Shown: in pieces, positions 44,813 to 53,547 of the stretch
Layout of the letters: the number at the start of each line of letters is the position of its first letter
How positions within the stretch are numbered: the first letter of the stretch is position 1
Sequence record: OM386663.1
From: Escherichia phage vB_EcoM_ESCO49
Reading direction: 5' to 3' (one strand)
Length of the DNA: 64,000 nucleotides
Notes under the pieces: model-generated
Database searches by the model: none
Told to the model about the DNA's origin: nothing
Seen by the model: only the letters and a program-made list of their open reading frames with translations
Made by a program: the position numbers and the translations under genes

Positions 44813-44994
44813 AACCCCGTTCAAATAGTCAATAAAATTTTTAAAAATATTTTTGGCAAAAATGTAATGAAACGGGTGCGCGCGAATACCACAAAACAGA
44901 ACACAAATCAAGAATTATTTTTCAATCCGCTACAAATTTTTCTGTTGACTTTTCTTTTCGGATGTGGTAGCCTTGTGAGAAATGGCGACATCCC

Positions 44995-45195
44995 CACCTA
45001 CACCCACCTACCTGCACAATTCTAAAATGATTTTTCTTGCCCGACCTGATTTTTCTCTGCACGTTTTGAAAATGAAAAAGCTCTTTGGAGATTACCTGCA
45101 CAGTTTGAAAATGAATTTTCTCTTTGGAGTTCAAGATTTTCTCTACAGATTTCTCTATAGAAATATACCTGCACAATTCTGAAATGAAAAAGCCC
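44995..45195. repeat. three degenerate direct repeats (ACCTGCACA[AG]TT[CT]T[AG]AAATGA...CTCTTTGGAG) in an intergenic region
   Basis: copies near 45004, 45093 and 45166 read by eye. Confidence 0.5.
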
Positions 45196-45261
45196 TCCTT
45201 ACCTGAAAAAATCTACCAGATAAGAAAGGCTTAGTCTATTGTGAATATTATACAGAGTTTC

Positions 45262-46047
45262 TTAGTTCTTTGCGTCTAAGAAGGTTACTTCCGGTGAAGA
45301 GAAGACCGTCTCAATATCCTCATCAGTTCTTGCATAGATGTATGTATCTGCATCACTGCCAAATGTTACAGCTATCCTGTGATTGCTCTTCGACAGGTGG
45401 GTAACTAGAGCGTTACTTAGAGACATCTTTTCAACCGGAGGGTTACTTTGATGTATCTTACCTTTTCTTCGTCTGAAGAGGGTAACTGTATTGTCCGTGA
45501 ACACAACTACACCTGCAAAGTATTCTGGTTCACAGTAGTTTTTCCAACCTGAGTGTAACTCGTTGTACATCTCTGTCTCGTAGACATACAGATAAACATC
45601 TACGCTCTTCATAACCTGATTGATGATAACTGTGACAGCTTGAGGGTCCAGCCCACCGATACCTGCACCAATCATAGGTAGGCCAACCTTCTTCAACTGG
45701 TTAACTTCACAGTATCTGTTAAGTTGCTTCAAAGATGACTCTAAAGCACTGTATCGGGCGTCTTTACCAGTCTTAAGCTGAGTGTAAAGGTTAGCTATAC
45801 GACCTTGTTTTAAACGTGCTACAGAGAAGTTACCCAGTAAATTTTCACAGGGTTTGTGGCCTATACCACCTGCATAGATGTAAACTTCTGTATCGGTCTC
45901 ATATGCTTTTGGGTAAAGTTTAGAAATCTTGTCAGCGATACCTGCACCCATTAAATTCATACAGTTGCAACCGTGACCAATGATGTCAAACTTACCTTTA
46001 TCAAAGGCGTCAAAGATATCACCATTGATGATTTTTACAATACCCAT
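45262..46047 (-). CDS. macro-domain (ADP-ribose binding/processing) protein with C-terminal extension of unknown function
   Basis: 261 aa; N-terminal GDIF...DIIGHGCNCMNLMGAGIA and LPMIGAGIGG Gly-rich motifs. Confidence 0.6.
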   Translation of the reverse strand: MGIVKIINGDIFDAFDKGKFDIIGHGCNCMNLMGAGIADKISKLYPKAYETDTEVYIYAGGIGHKPCENLLGNFSVARLKQGRIANLYTQLKTGKDARYSALESSLKQLNRYCEVNQLKKVGLPMIGAGIGGLDPQAVTVIINQVMKSVDVYLYVYETEMYNELHSGWKNYCEPEYFAGVVVFTDNTVTLFRRRKGKIHQSNPPVEKMSLSNALVTHLSKSNHRIAVTFGSDADTYIYARTDEDIETVFSSPEVTFLDAKN

Positions 46048-46248
46048 TTAACATCTCTCCCAAGATTCTTTATCTTCTGAAGGCTTTACACGTTGCCCTT
46101 CGTGGTCTACCCAGATGCACCCACAGCCTTCACAGATTACTGGCATTGCATAACCAGCTTTAAAGTCATCTTCAGTGATAAGACCTTTTAAGTCACCTGT
46201 ATCACGTCCAAACATTTCGATAGAACAGTCTTTGCAGAAGTCAGCCAT
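46048..46248 (-). CDS. hypothetical Zn-ribbon-like protein
   Basis: 66 aa; CxxC...CxGCGC. Confidence 0.4.
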   Translation of the reverse strand: MADFCKDCSIEMFGRDTGDLKGLITEDDFKAGYAMPVICEGCGCIWVDHEGQRVKPSEDKESWERC

Positions 46249-46260
46249 ACAATATACACC

Positions 46261-46488
46261 TTATAGTTCGGTTTCTCGTAATTCTTTACCTTCATCATAG
46301 AAGCATTTATAGAATGTGTCTATAGAGATTCTGGCAAAGGTGAGGTCTTCAAAGTATTCCTCTGGAGTTGTCCCTGTAAAACTAAAACTGTCGAGGCTGT
46401 AAAATGGTATCACTGTGTCGTGACTCACGAAAACACATGCTGACGTGACTTCTCCAGTATCTTTGTCAATTACCTCTAGAGCTTTCAT
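46261..46488 (-). CDS. hypothetical protein
   Basis: 75 aa. Confidence 0.35.
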   Translation of the reverse strand: MKALEVIDKDTGEVTSACVFVSHDTVIPFYSLDSFSFTGTTPEEYFEDLTFARISIDTFYKCFYDEGKELRETEL

Positions 46489-46789
46489 AGCTTACCTTTT
46501 CGGTTAGTTCATATAAATCAACATGCTCAATACTGTCAATGTTGATATCAATCTTTTTGAAACGTTCTATCACTTCGTTGGCAGTCATCCATATCAGACA
46601 CCAATGATTCTTGATGGATTCTTCAAGAAGGTCAACACAATCTTTAAAGGTTTTTGTATCACTCCTTGTTCCAACTACTGCAATTGTCCCATATAGCCAC
46701 TTACCATTGTCATAAGTTACTTGTGCTACACCAACCTCTTTACCTTTCTCGTAGTAAACAGCTACAAAGTCTCTTCCATTAATCTGCAT
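46466..46789 (-). CDS. hypothetical protein
   Basis: 107 aa. Confidence 0.4.
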   Translation of the reverse strand: MQINGRDFVAVYYEKGKEVGVAQVTYDNGKWLYGTIAVVGTRSDTKTFKDCVDLLEESIKNHWCLIWMTANEVIERFKKIDINIDSIEHVDLYELTEKVSYESSRGN

Positions 46790-46791
46790 AG

Positions 46792-47061
46792 TTACTTCCT
46801 CGTTTTAAGAACTGCTAAGATTTCTTTAGAGTCTGGTAAGAACCATGTGTAGTGATTTTCTTTGATTTCTGGATGAGTGTCAACCTTTATTTTGCACTCT
46901 TTACCAACATGCTTAAGCTGTGCTGTGACACCTTGCATAAAGATATGGCACATCACATTATCCATAATGGTTGGTGAGAAATCAATTCGCATATAAGTTT
47001 CTTTTGGTCGTGGTAACAGTAAGTAACCCTCTACATAGAAAGTATCTTGGTTCTCTGTCAT
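46792..47061 (-). CDS. hypothetical protein
   Basis: 89 aa. Confidence 0.4.
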   Translation of the reverse strand: MTENQDTFYVEGYLLLPRPKETYMRIDFSPTIMDNVMCHIFMQGVTAQLKHVGKECKIKVDTHPEIKENHYTWFLPDSKEILAVLKTRK

Positions 47062-47327
47062 TGCTGCTTATTCCCTAGTAAAATCATGTCAATAAGGTTG
47101 TTAGCTTTGATTGTGCACTGGTAAAAGCCGTCACGATAGAACTCAAGTGCTGCTGCTACATCACTGCCTGTGTTGCCTTTGATGATATACCGTGACTCTT
47201 CTTGAGTGTACTTATCACTCTCACTTACTTGGGAGTTTTTGAATGTACTGCTCACTTTGTTCGTTGAACACCCTGACATAATTATCAGTAACACAAACAT
47301 TATAAAACTCTGGCTTAGTTTTTTCAT
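47058..47327 (-). CDS. putative o-spanin (outer-membrane lipoprotein, Rz1-like)
   Basis: 89 aa; signal peptide with lipobox IMSGC; gene starts inside the upstream i-spanin-like gene in another frame. Confidence 0.45.
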   Translation of the reverse strand: MKKLSQSFIMFVLLIIMSGCSTNKVSSTFKNSQVSESDKYTQEESRYIIKGNTGSDVAAALEFYRDGFYQCTIKANNLIDMILLGNKQQ

Positions 47328-47568
47328 ATGTTAGTACCTCTTTTGTATGCTTATTCTTAGCAAGCACATCTTTCAAATCATTTTTGTAATTGGTGCTCAG
47401 TGTGGCTAACCCTTCCTGATAAGCATCTTTAGCAACACTTATGAGCTTCTGATTGTTTAGCTCAGCTTCAGCAACTTGATAGTCTCTGTAAGAGTATCCT
47501 CCCCAGACACCTGCCCCAACTAAGAAAACAATTATGAAAGTGGCTTGACAGAACTCTTTAAATGTCAT
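47221..47568 (-). CDS. putative i-spanin (Rz-like)
   Basis: 115 aa; N-terminal TM helix then charged periplasmic segment; overlapped by lipoprotein gene. Confidence 0.45.
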   Translation of the reverse strand: MTFKEFCQATFIIVFLVGAGVWGGYSYRDYQVAEAELNNQKLISVAKDAYQEGLATLSTNYKNDLKDVLAKNKHTKEVLTYEKTKPEFYNVCVTDNYVRVFNEQSEQYIQKLPSK

Positions 47569-47585
47569 TTAACAATCTCCTGAAA

Positions 47586-47610
47586 TGAAAAAGGCTCCCG
47601 AAGGAGCCTG
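47586..47610 (-). terminator. rho-independent terminator
   Basis: GGCTCC-TTCG-GGAGCC hairpin plus U5 on minus RNA. Confidence 0.65.
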
Positions 47611-47620
47611 TATCTTAACC

Positions 47621-48085
47621 TTAACCGAGGACTTTAGCAAGGATATTCGCAGCCATCGAAGAGGCTTTTGCAGCAGCAACTACGCCAGCTTTGATAGCAC
47701 TATCCTTGATAGCAGATACCGTTGCAGCATCAGTAAAGAGATAAGTAGTTGTTTTAGAACCACTTGTAAAGGAAAGCATAAGAGCAGTTTCCAGATTGAA
47801 AGAGCGATACGGAGCACCTTCTTTAACGATACCTTCAGCACCTAACTCTGAAGCCATACCCATATCATAGATAGTCATCAGGTTTTCTTTGTGTGCAGTC
47901 GTTGAACCAGCACCTTTGACGTGTTTCTTAACATTCAGAAGAGCACGATACTCCCGGATGTTACCGTCTGCTTTTACATTGACAGCACGGAAGATTTTAC
48001 CTTCAAAGTTGCTCTTGATAATGTTACGAACTACTTCAGATTTGTTTGCTGTAACGTCCAGTGCTACCGTAATGATACTGTTCAT
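47621..48085 (-). CDS. hypothetical protein
   Basis: 154 aa; Ala-rich C-terminus. Confidence 0.4.
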   Translation of the reverse strand: MNSIITVALDVTANKSEVVRNIIKSNFEGKIFRAVNVKADGNIREYRALLNVKKHVKGAGSTTAHKENLMTIYDMGMASELGAEGIVKEGAPYRSFNLETALMLSFTSGSKTTTYLFTDAATVSAIKDSAIKAGVVAAAKASSMAANILAKVLG

Positions 48086-48094
48086 AAGTTTCTC

Positions 48095-48790
48095 TCAATG
48101 TTTAACTAACATGGTTTTAATGTGTGGAAGGATTCTGTTTACCTTCTGCACATTCTTCTCTGTATCTTCTATAAAACATACTATATTAAAGTAAGGCAGA
48201 ATGCAAGACTGAATCATCCTCACTTTCAAACTTTCTGCACTTATAGAGTTAGCCCCAAAACCACGCATAAAAAGCATGTAGTCATGCTCTATGTAATGCC
48301 TTAAAAACATCTCAGTAGGTATTCTCTGAGATTCACCCCTCGCTGTCAAGAGTCCAATGGCAGCATGGTTGGCAATTGCATCAATAATATTGAAAACATA
48401 CGTTGGTTTTGCACTTACAGAGTCAAGCAAATTAGTGTACTGTGAAAATGAACCATCAATCAGTTCCGTTGAGCAATCTTCGTGATTAAAATTTGTAAGG
48501 ACACCATCAATATCTGCTAAGATGAGGTTACCTTTTTCTACAAGGTCTTTATTGACTATGACTAAACTGTCACGTCTTACACCTATAGATTGCCCCGTCT
48601 CTTTATCCACAACGTTCACAATCGGTTCTGAAGTGTGGAACTCTTCAAGTGAACATACAACTTCTCTTGCAGTGTCTTCAAAATCCCTACACTGTTCTGG
48701 AGTCCATACACCGGAATCAAGACCTAACTCATGAGGGTGTAAGTCATAAGCATGACACAGTACTTCATCAGACTTTCTTAATTTTTTCAT
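48095..48790 (-). CDS. HAD-superfamily phosphatase (possible nucleotidase)
   Basis: 231 aa; motif I ILADIDGVLTNF, motif II LTARGES, acidic motif FIEDTEKN. Confidence 0.5.
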   Translation of the reverse strand: MKKLRKSDEVLCHAYDLHPHELGLDSGVWTPEQCRDFEDTAREVVCSLEEFHTSEPIVNVVDKETGQSIGVRRDSLVIVNKDLVEKGNLILADIDGVLTNFNHEDCSTELIDGSFSQYTNLLDSVSAKPTYVFNIIDAIANHAAIGLLTARGESQRIPTEMFLRHYIEHDYMLFMRGFGANSISAESLKVRMIQSCILPYFNIVCFIEDTEKNVQKVNRILPHIKTMLVKH

Positions 48791-49316
48791 GGTTTACCTT
48801 AGAAATGTTTGTTGCAAATTCACATTGAGCAATAACTTTCATGTTGTTATAGACATCTTGAGAATATTTCTTAGCTTTAGGGATTCTGTACGAATACCCA
48901 GCATTATATGATGCTAAAACTTTTTGTAAAGTCTTCTTTGACTTTGGCTGACCATGCACCTTTGTCCAAAACTCAAGTTCTTTGTGCGTTTCCTTTGCAG
49001 CATAGTCAAAATCTTTTAAGAGTTTCTTTTTAGCCACATTAGGACTAATTTTGTTACGCTTTACAACAGTCTTCAAGTGATTCTGGAAAATACCATAGTC
49101 GTGGGTCTTTTTATTCTCTACCTTCAGACCTAACTCTGACTCTTGTAAGGCTATAGCTGCTAGAGTAATACCCCAGCCTTTCCCCATATTATTCTCACCA
49201 TACTGGTAAGCTTTTAACATGTTTACTTTTTGGCTAATTGATAGCTCTGGGCAGTCAACTGCATAAGATAAGTGTGCTGTAAACATTAAGCACAAACCTA
49301 GAATCAATTTCTTCAT
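48768..49316 (-). CDS. secreted lytic transglycosylase (SLT / GH23-like)
   Basis: 182 aa; signal peptide MKKLILGLCLMFTAHLSYA; catalytic LQESELG, GIFQ and SYNAG motifs. Confidence 0.6.
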   Translation of the reverse strand: MKKLILGLCLMFTAHLSYAVDCPELSISQKVNMLKAYQYGENNMGKGWGITLAAIALQESELGLKVENKKTHDYGIFQNHLKTVVKRNKISPNVAKKKLLKDFDYAAKETHKELEFWTKVHGQPKSKKTLQKVLASYNAGYSYRIPKAKKYSQDVYNNMKVIAQCEFATNISKVNHEKIKKV

Positions 49317-49375
49317 TGGTTCTCCTGTTTAGTTTATCGTGACAACAATTATACAGCACTCTGCACAAAATACAA

Positions 49376-49400
49376 ATAAAAAAGGCCGCCGAAGCAGCCT
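49376..49400 (-). terminator. rho-independent terminator with UUCG tetraloop
   Basis: GGCUGC-UUCG-GCGGCC followed by U6 on minus RNA, downstream of rIIB. Confidence 0.6.
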
Positions 49401-49416
49401 TTTAAGAAATTACTTA

Positions 49417-50526
49417 TTAGATTTCACGTTTACGTTGGGAGATAAGTTCTCCAGCAGTACCAACGATGACATGTAAAGCTTCAGTCTTGCCATCCCATGC
49501 TTTCAGCACTTTACGTTGATTATCAACGATTGCTGCAACTTCATAACGAGACGAGCGCATCTTCATATCGTTGTAATCAGTTGGTACGGATACAACGTCT
49601 CGTGGATGGACACGAACCTTCAGAATTGTGTCACCTGAGAAGCAACGAACATAATCCCAAGCACCAACATGAAGACCTTGAGAGCAAGTCACGTTACGAT
49701 TATTATCAACCATCCAACGTGGCATTTCTACAATGTTACCCAAATCATTAGGTACTCTGTGGGTGTGGGAGTCAACCAGCTTGCCTTCACGAGTAGATAC
49801 TTTCTTCCAACCAATGATGTAGCCTTCTTCATCAATTTCAACATCAAGGTGAGATACAAAGCCCCAAAGTTGTTCTACAGAGTCTTTAGATGGGTTTTCC
49901 ATCAGTTTTTCGAAGAACATCACGAGGCGTTCAAAACCTTTATCTCCAGTCTTCATCATGTGAAGAATACGGTCAACCAGAGTAGAACGCATCTCAACAG
50001 CACCGTAGAATAGCTTGTCACCTTTGATTGTGATAGCGCCCTGAGTGAAGTTTTCGATAGACTTACGAATATTCATCAGTTCAAATGCTTTCTTGAACTC
50101 ACCTTTCACAACATGAACTACAATCTCTTGATAGTTCGGATGAGTAGACTCAACAATTTCAGATTCTGAACCATAAGTCATAATTACAGAATCACCAGTA
50201 ATCATGTACTCAATATTGTCATCTTTCTGCATAGCTTCATGCAGTTTATTTACCGGAGCTTTCTGTACAGACTCTTTAACGACCTTTTCAACTTGTTTGC
50301 CAGATTTCTTTTTAAAGGTCTTAGCAACTTGCTTCAAAGTCTTCGTAGCTGGTGTAGAAGTCGCCTTCTTTTTCCCTTTTAAGGTTGCTTCATGACGCTC
50401 TACAGCACGACCAACTGAACGGGTTGAAGTATTAAATTTCTGTGCAATAGCTGTTTTAGTCAGCTTACCTTCTTTAACCAGTTTGTAAATTTCTGCGTCA
50501 ATCTGTGCTTTAGTTTTAGTAGTCAT
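49417..50526 (-). CDS. rIIB: rIIB protein
   Basis: 369 aa directly downstream of rIIA; N-terminal helix-turn-helix-like segment as in T4 rIIB. Confidence 0.7.
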   Translation of the reverse strand: MTTKTKAQIDAEIYKLVKEGKLTKTAIAQKFNTSTRSVGRAVERHEATLKGKKKATSTPATKTLKQVAKTFKKKSGKQVEKVVKESVQKAPVNKLHEAMQKDDNIEYMITGDSVIMTYGSESEIVESTHPNYQEIVVHVVKGEFKKAFELMNIRKSIENFTQGAITIKGDKLFYGAVEMRSTLVDRILHMMKTGDKGFERLVMFFEKLMENPSKDSVEQLWGFVSHLDVEIDEEGYIIGWKKVSTREGKLVDSHTHRVPNDLGNIVEMPRWMVDNNRNVTCSQGLHVGAWDYVRCFSGDTILKVRVHPRDVVSVPTDYNDMKMRSSRYEVAAIVDNQRKVLKAWDGKTEALHVIVGTAGELISQRKREI

Positions 50527-50605
50527 CTTATTACTCTCTCTTGTTAGTTAATCAATCAATTTGTGAGGCTATTCTAAGGGGCTTTGAAGCCCCTTGTCAA
50601 ACACT

Positions 50606-52972
50606 TTAATCGTAAATTGTTGTACCTTCTGGAACACATTTCACATTAAAGCCTAAAAACTTACTCACTTCGATAGGTGATACCTTATTCCAATCTAAGT
50701 GTGAAAGCAAGAAGTTTTCTTGTTTTCTTTTTGAAAGATAGTTTGTCAGCTTGATAACCATGCGGTCACCTGCTTTCTTAATCTTTTTGTACAGTTTTGT
50801 GTCATTATCAAGGCATGACTTCAAATCCTGAAGAACACTGATAGTGTAAGTGTATGCAAACGGTGCAGCCACATACTGAATCTTACCAAACATTGCCTCA
50901 ACAGCATCTTCATTCCCTTCTAAGAAGATTGTCTTAATAGTATCCCTTGAATAACAATACCCGCGAGAAATCTTCCTGTTATTGAACGTAAAGTTTCTGG
51001 CAATAATCCTACTGCTTGTAAGGTCGAGGACACCATCCATGTAGATGCGTGTCATATACCTGTTATGGTTAATCCAATGAACATCAGTTAAGCTGTCGTT
51101 CAAGAGCTTCTCATCTACTTCAATCCAGTCTTCTGGTATCTTTTTCCAATTTGCTTTTCGGAAAACATAGACTGTCTTACCTGTAACATTAGCAACTGAC
51201 TTAGCTACATCCTCTGGAGATGAGCAAAAACATCTACCATCAACTGTGTCACCTACTGCCTTAATATAAAGCTGAGGCTCTTCAATTGTGTCTAAGTCTT
51301 CTGACACCTCTTTGTATGAAGCTTTAGTTTCTGCTGGAACAGCTTTCCAGAGTTTTACAACACCTCTTACAGCTTCTTTACGCTGATAGTGATGTTCCTT
51401 ATCAGACATCTTCACAATCTTTAACAAGCTTTTATCAAGTTTGTGCAGATTGATTAAGTCATCTAGCTCTTTCTCTGTAGAGAATACAAAGACAATACCA
51501 TTGTATCTGTGAAACAGATTTGACTCACTGGCGTAGTCTCGACATGCACCACGCAAAATTTGATTGCGTCCTACAGTCTTCTCAGTACCGTTTTTATTGC
51601 GACGGTCATTAATCACGAACAAAAACTGTTCAATTTGGCTTTTACGCATTGCACCAAAGATATTGAACATGCTTGCCTCTTGAGTGTAGGAAAGTGCTGT
51701 TACACGAATCTTACTCTCTAAAGAGTTGAACTTGACATAAGCAACTGGGTCATAAAGATAATCTACTTTAGGGATATTGTTCCCGTTCCTATCAACCTTA
51801 ATATTGCCTTTACCGTCACGTTCATAAATGACTGAGCCGTCTTCTGCGTAGATAATTCCACGACGAATGTTTAACAATTCTTCTTCCAGAGAATCAAGCT
51901 TAACGCCTCCCCACTCTAGCTTTGGACACACAGCATTAAACATCTCTCGTGAGTTCAAACGTAACTCTGCATAAGCCTGTGCAGCATCCATGAGTGTAGG
52001 TTGGCTATTAACTTTCTTGATAACATCCTTTGTAATTGCTTCAGTTATCTTTTTGGTAGCCTCGATGATAACATTTTTTGTCGTATCATTCATCTGCAAT
52101 GCTTCACGAGAAGCTGCTATAGCAACTGAACCAATAGGCATGTAGATGTTTACAAGGTCTACGCTCCTACGGAAAAACTCTGGCAAGACTTTGAAGAAAT
52201 CATCACCAAGTAATGCTTCCATGTTCACTGGATAGGCAATATTACCCATCACCACATTAAACTCTATCCTATTACCACTAGAACGCCAGCTTTGCTTATG
52301 AATCATGGCATCATAAACACCTTCTTCACGGGCAATGACGTTCATATCTGCTAATACATCGTCGTACTCAATATTACTTTCTGGTTTTACAGCAAAGTAT
52401 GAGTACACATTTCCAGCTTCTTCAAAGAACTTTGAGATACGGTGGTCAGCAACTGCCACACGTACAGCTAAACCATTAGGTTCTTTTGTTGGGTTAGTGG
52501 TCAGCTTAGTTACTTGAGGGATACCATTCTCAAGATAAACAGAGTACTTATTAACAACACCATCAACATAGCTAGATACTGTGAATGACTGAGCAATTGC
52601 AAATGGGGATTTTGAGCCGATACCCATTGCACCAATGTAGTCATTAGAGTCATTCTTCGTAGAAGCCCCGTAGTTTAGGTACAAACTCATAACTTTATCA
52701 TGAGTCAATCCAGTTCCAAAATCACGAACTTCAAAGTAAGGCTCAAAACGAGTAGGTAAATGCACATGGAACGGGATATTCTCTTTTCCAGCTTCTTTCT
52801 GAGCATCTACTGCATTGCATGACAGTTCACGAATCACTGCCCTTTCTTTAAATGTGTATACACCAGAACTCAGAAGGCTGAACATTTCAGGTGTCATTGT
52901 AATCTGTGCTTGAGATGTCTCCAAAGAAGTTGAACTCTTAATCACTTCTGCGTGGTCATTTACCATGCGCAT
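50606..52972 (-). CDS. rIIA: rIIA protein
   Basis: 788 aa; N-terminal region RAVIRELSCNAVDA...FEVRDFGTGL...YIGAMGIGSKSPFA matches T4 rIIA ATPase-like N-terminus. Confidence 0.85.
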   Translation of the reverse strand: MRMVNDHAEVIKSSTSLETSQAQITMTPEMFSLLSSGVYTFKERAVIRELSCNAVDAQKEAGKENIPFHVHLPTRFEPYFEVRDFGTGLTHDKVMSLYLNYGASTKNDSNDYIGAMGIGSKSPFAIAQSFTVSSYVDGVVNKYSVYLENGIPQVTKLTTNPTKEPNGLAVRVAVADHRISKFFEEAGNVYSYFAVKPESNIEYDDVLADMNVIAREEGVYDAMIHKQSWRSSGNRIEFNVVMGNIAYPVNMEALLGDDFFKVLPEFFRRSVDLVNIYMPIGSVAIAASREALQMNDTTKNVIIEATKKITEAITKDVIKKVNSQPTLMDAAQAYAELRLNSREMFNAVCPKLEWGGVKLDSLEEELLNIRRGIIYAEDGSVIYERDGKGNIKVDRNGNNIPKVDYLYDPVAYVKFNSLESKIRVTALSYTQEASMFNIFGAMRKSQIEQFLFVINDRRNKNGTEKTVGRNQILRGACRDYASESNLFHRYNGIVFVFSTEKELDDLINLHKLDKSLLKIVKMSDKEHHYQRKEAVRGVVKLWKAVPAETKASYKEVSEDLDTIEEPQLYIKAVGDTVDGRCFCSSPEDVAKSVANVTGKTVYVFRKANWKKIPEDWIEVDEKLLNDSLTDVHWINHNRYMTRIYMDGVLDLTSSRIIARNFTFNNRKISRGYCYSRDTIKTIFLEGNEDAVEAMFGKIQYVAAPFAYTYTISVLQDLKSCLDNDTKLYKKIKKAGDRMVIKLTNYLSKRKQENFLLSHLDWNKVSPIEVSKFLGFNVKCVPEGTTIYD

Positions 52973-53000
52973 AATACTTTCCTCTTAGTTTACTGTTAAA

Positions 53001-53177
53001 TTACTTATTAAACATTCTACCAGAACCACCACACATAGGGCAACAACCTGCTCTTGTATAACCTTCTCCATTACAGTAGTAACATCTCTTGTGCTCTGCA
53101 TAGTACTTGCAAAGAAGGTAAACAAAAACTGCTACACTACCAAGTGACAGTAAAATTTCTATCCAATATGCTTGCAT
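53001..53177 (-). CDS. small hypothetical membrane/Zn-ribbon protein (not in ORF track)
   Basis: 58 codons: MQAYWIEILLSLGSVAVFVYLLCKYYAEHKRCYYCNGEGYTRAGCCPMCGGSGRMFNK. Confidence 0.3.
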   Translation of the reverse strand: MQAYWIEILLSLGSVAVFVYLLCKYYAEHKRCYYCNGEGYTRAGCCPMCGGSGRMFNK

Positions 53178-53494
53178 GACTCACCTCTCATATTTTTGTA
53201 AAGGATAAAGCTTCTGTCATGGACGATACTTGTAGATACTGCAAAGTTACTTTCAAGCATCTGTTTGTTTGGATTGTAGAAGCTTTCTTTAAACTCGTCA
53301 AGCGCAAATTGGTGATGTTGTGGAAGACCTTTTACACAGATTTTTATTGTGATTGCTGCTGCAATCTTGCCAGTCAGTTCTTCTTTAGCTGCTACTAAAA
53401 TTTTGTTAAGAAACTTTTCACCATCTTCAGGTTTTTTAATGTTTTCCCAACGTTCTTCTAGGACAATGTTAATGTTCAACTCTTTGATTTTCAT
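53159..53494 (-). CDS. hypothetical protein
   Basis: 111 aa; RBS GGAGAA. Confidence 0.45.
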   Translation of the reverse strand: MKIKELNINIVLEERWENIKKPEDGEKFLNKILVAAKEELTGKIAAAITIKICVKGLPQHHQFALDEFKESFYNPNKQMLESNFAVSTSIVHDRSFILYKNMRGESCKHIG

Positions 53495-53508
53495 AGTCTT
53501 CTCCAGAA

Positions 53509-53532
53509 ATTAAAAAGGCTCCCGTAGGAGCC
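53509..53532 (-). terminator. rho-independent terminator
   Basis: GGCTCC-TACG-GGAGCC plus U5, downstream of NAMPT-like gene. Confidence 0.65.
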
Positions 53533-53547
53533 TCTTATCATATACTT

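Noticed and set aside
39600-44820. Regularly spaced repeats could be a CRISPR array
   Set aside because: Repeat units are 85-95 bp, fall into two sequence types, each contains an RBS and start codon, and the intervening segments are 200-570 bp protein-coding genes; no cas genes are nearby.
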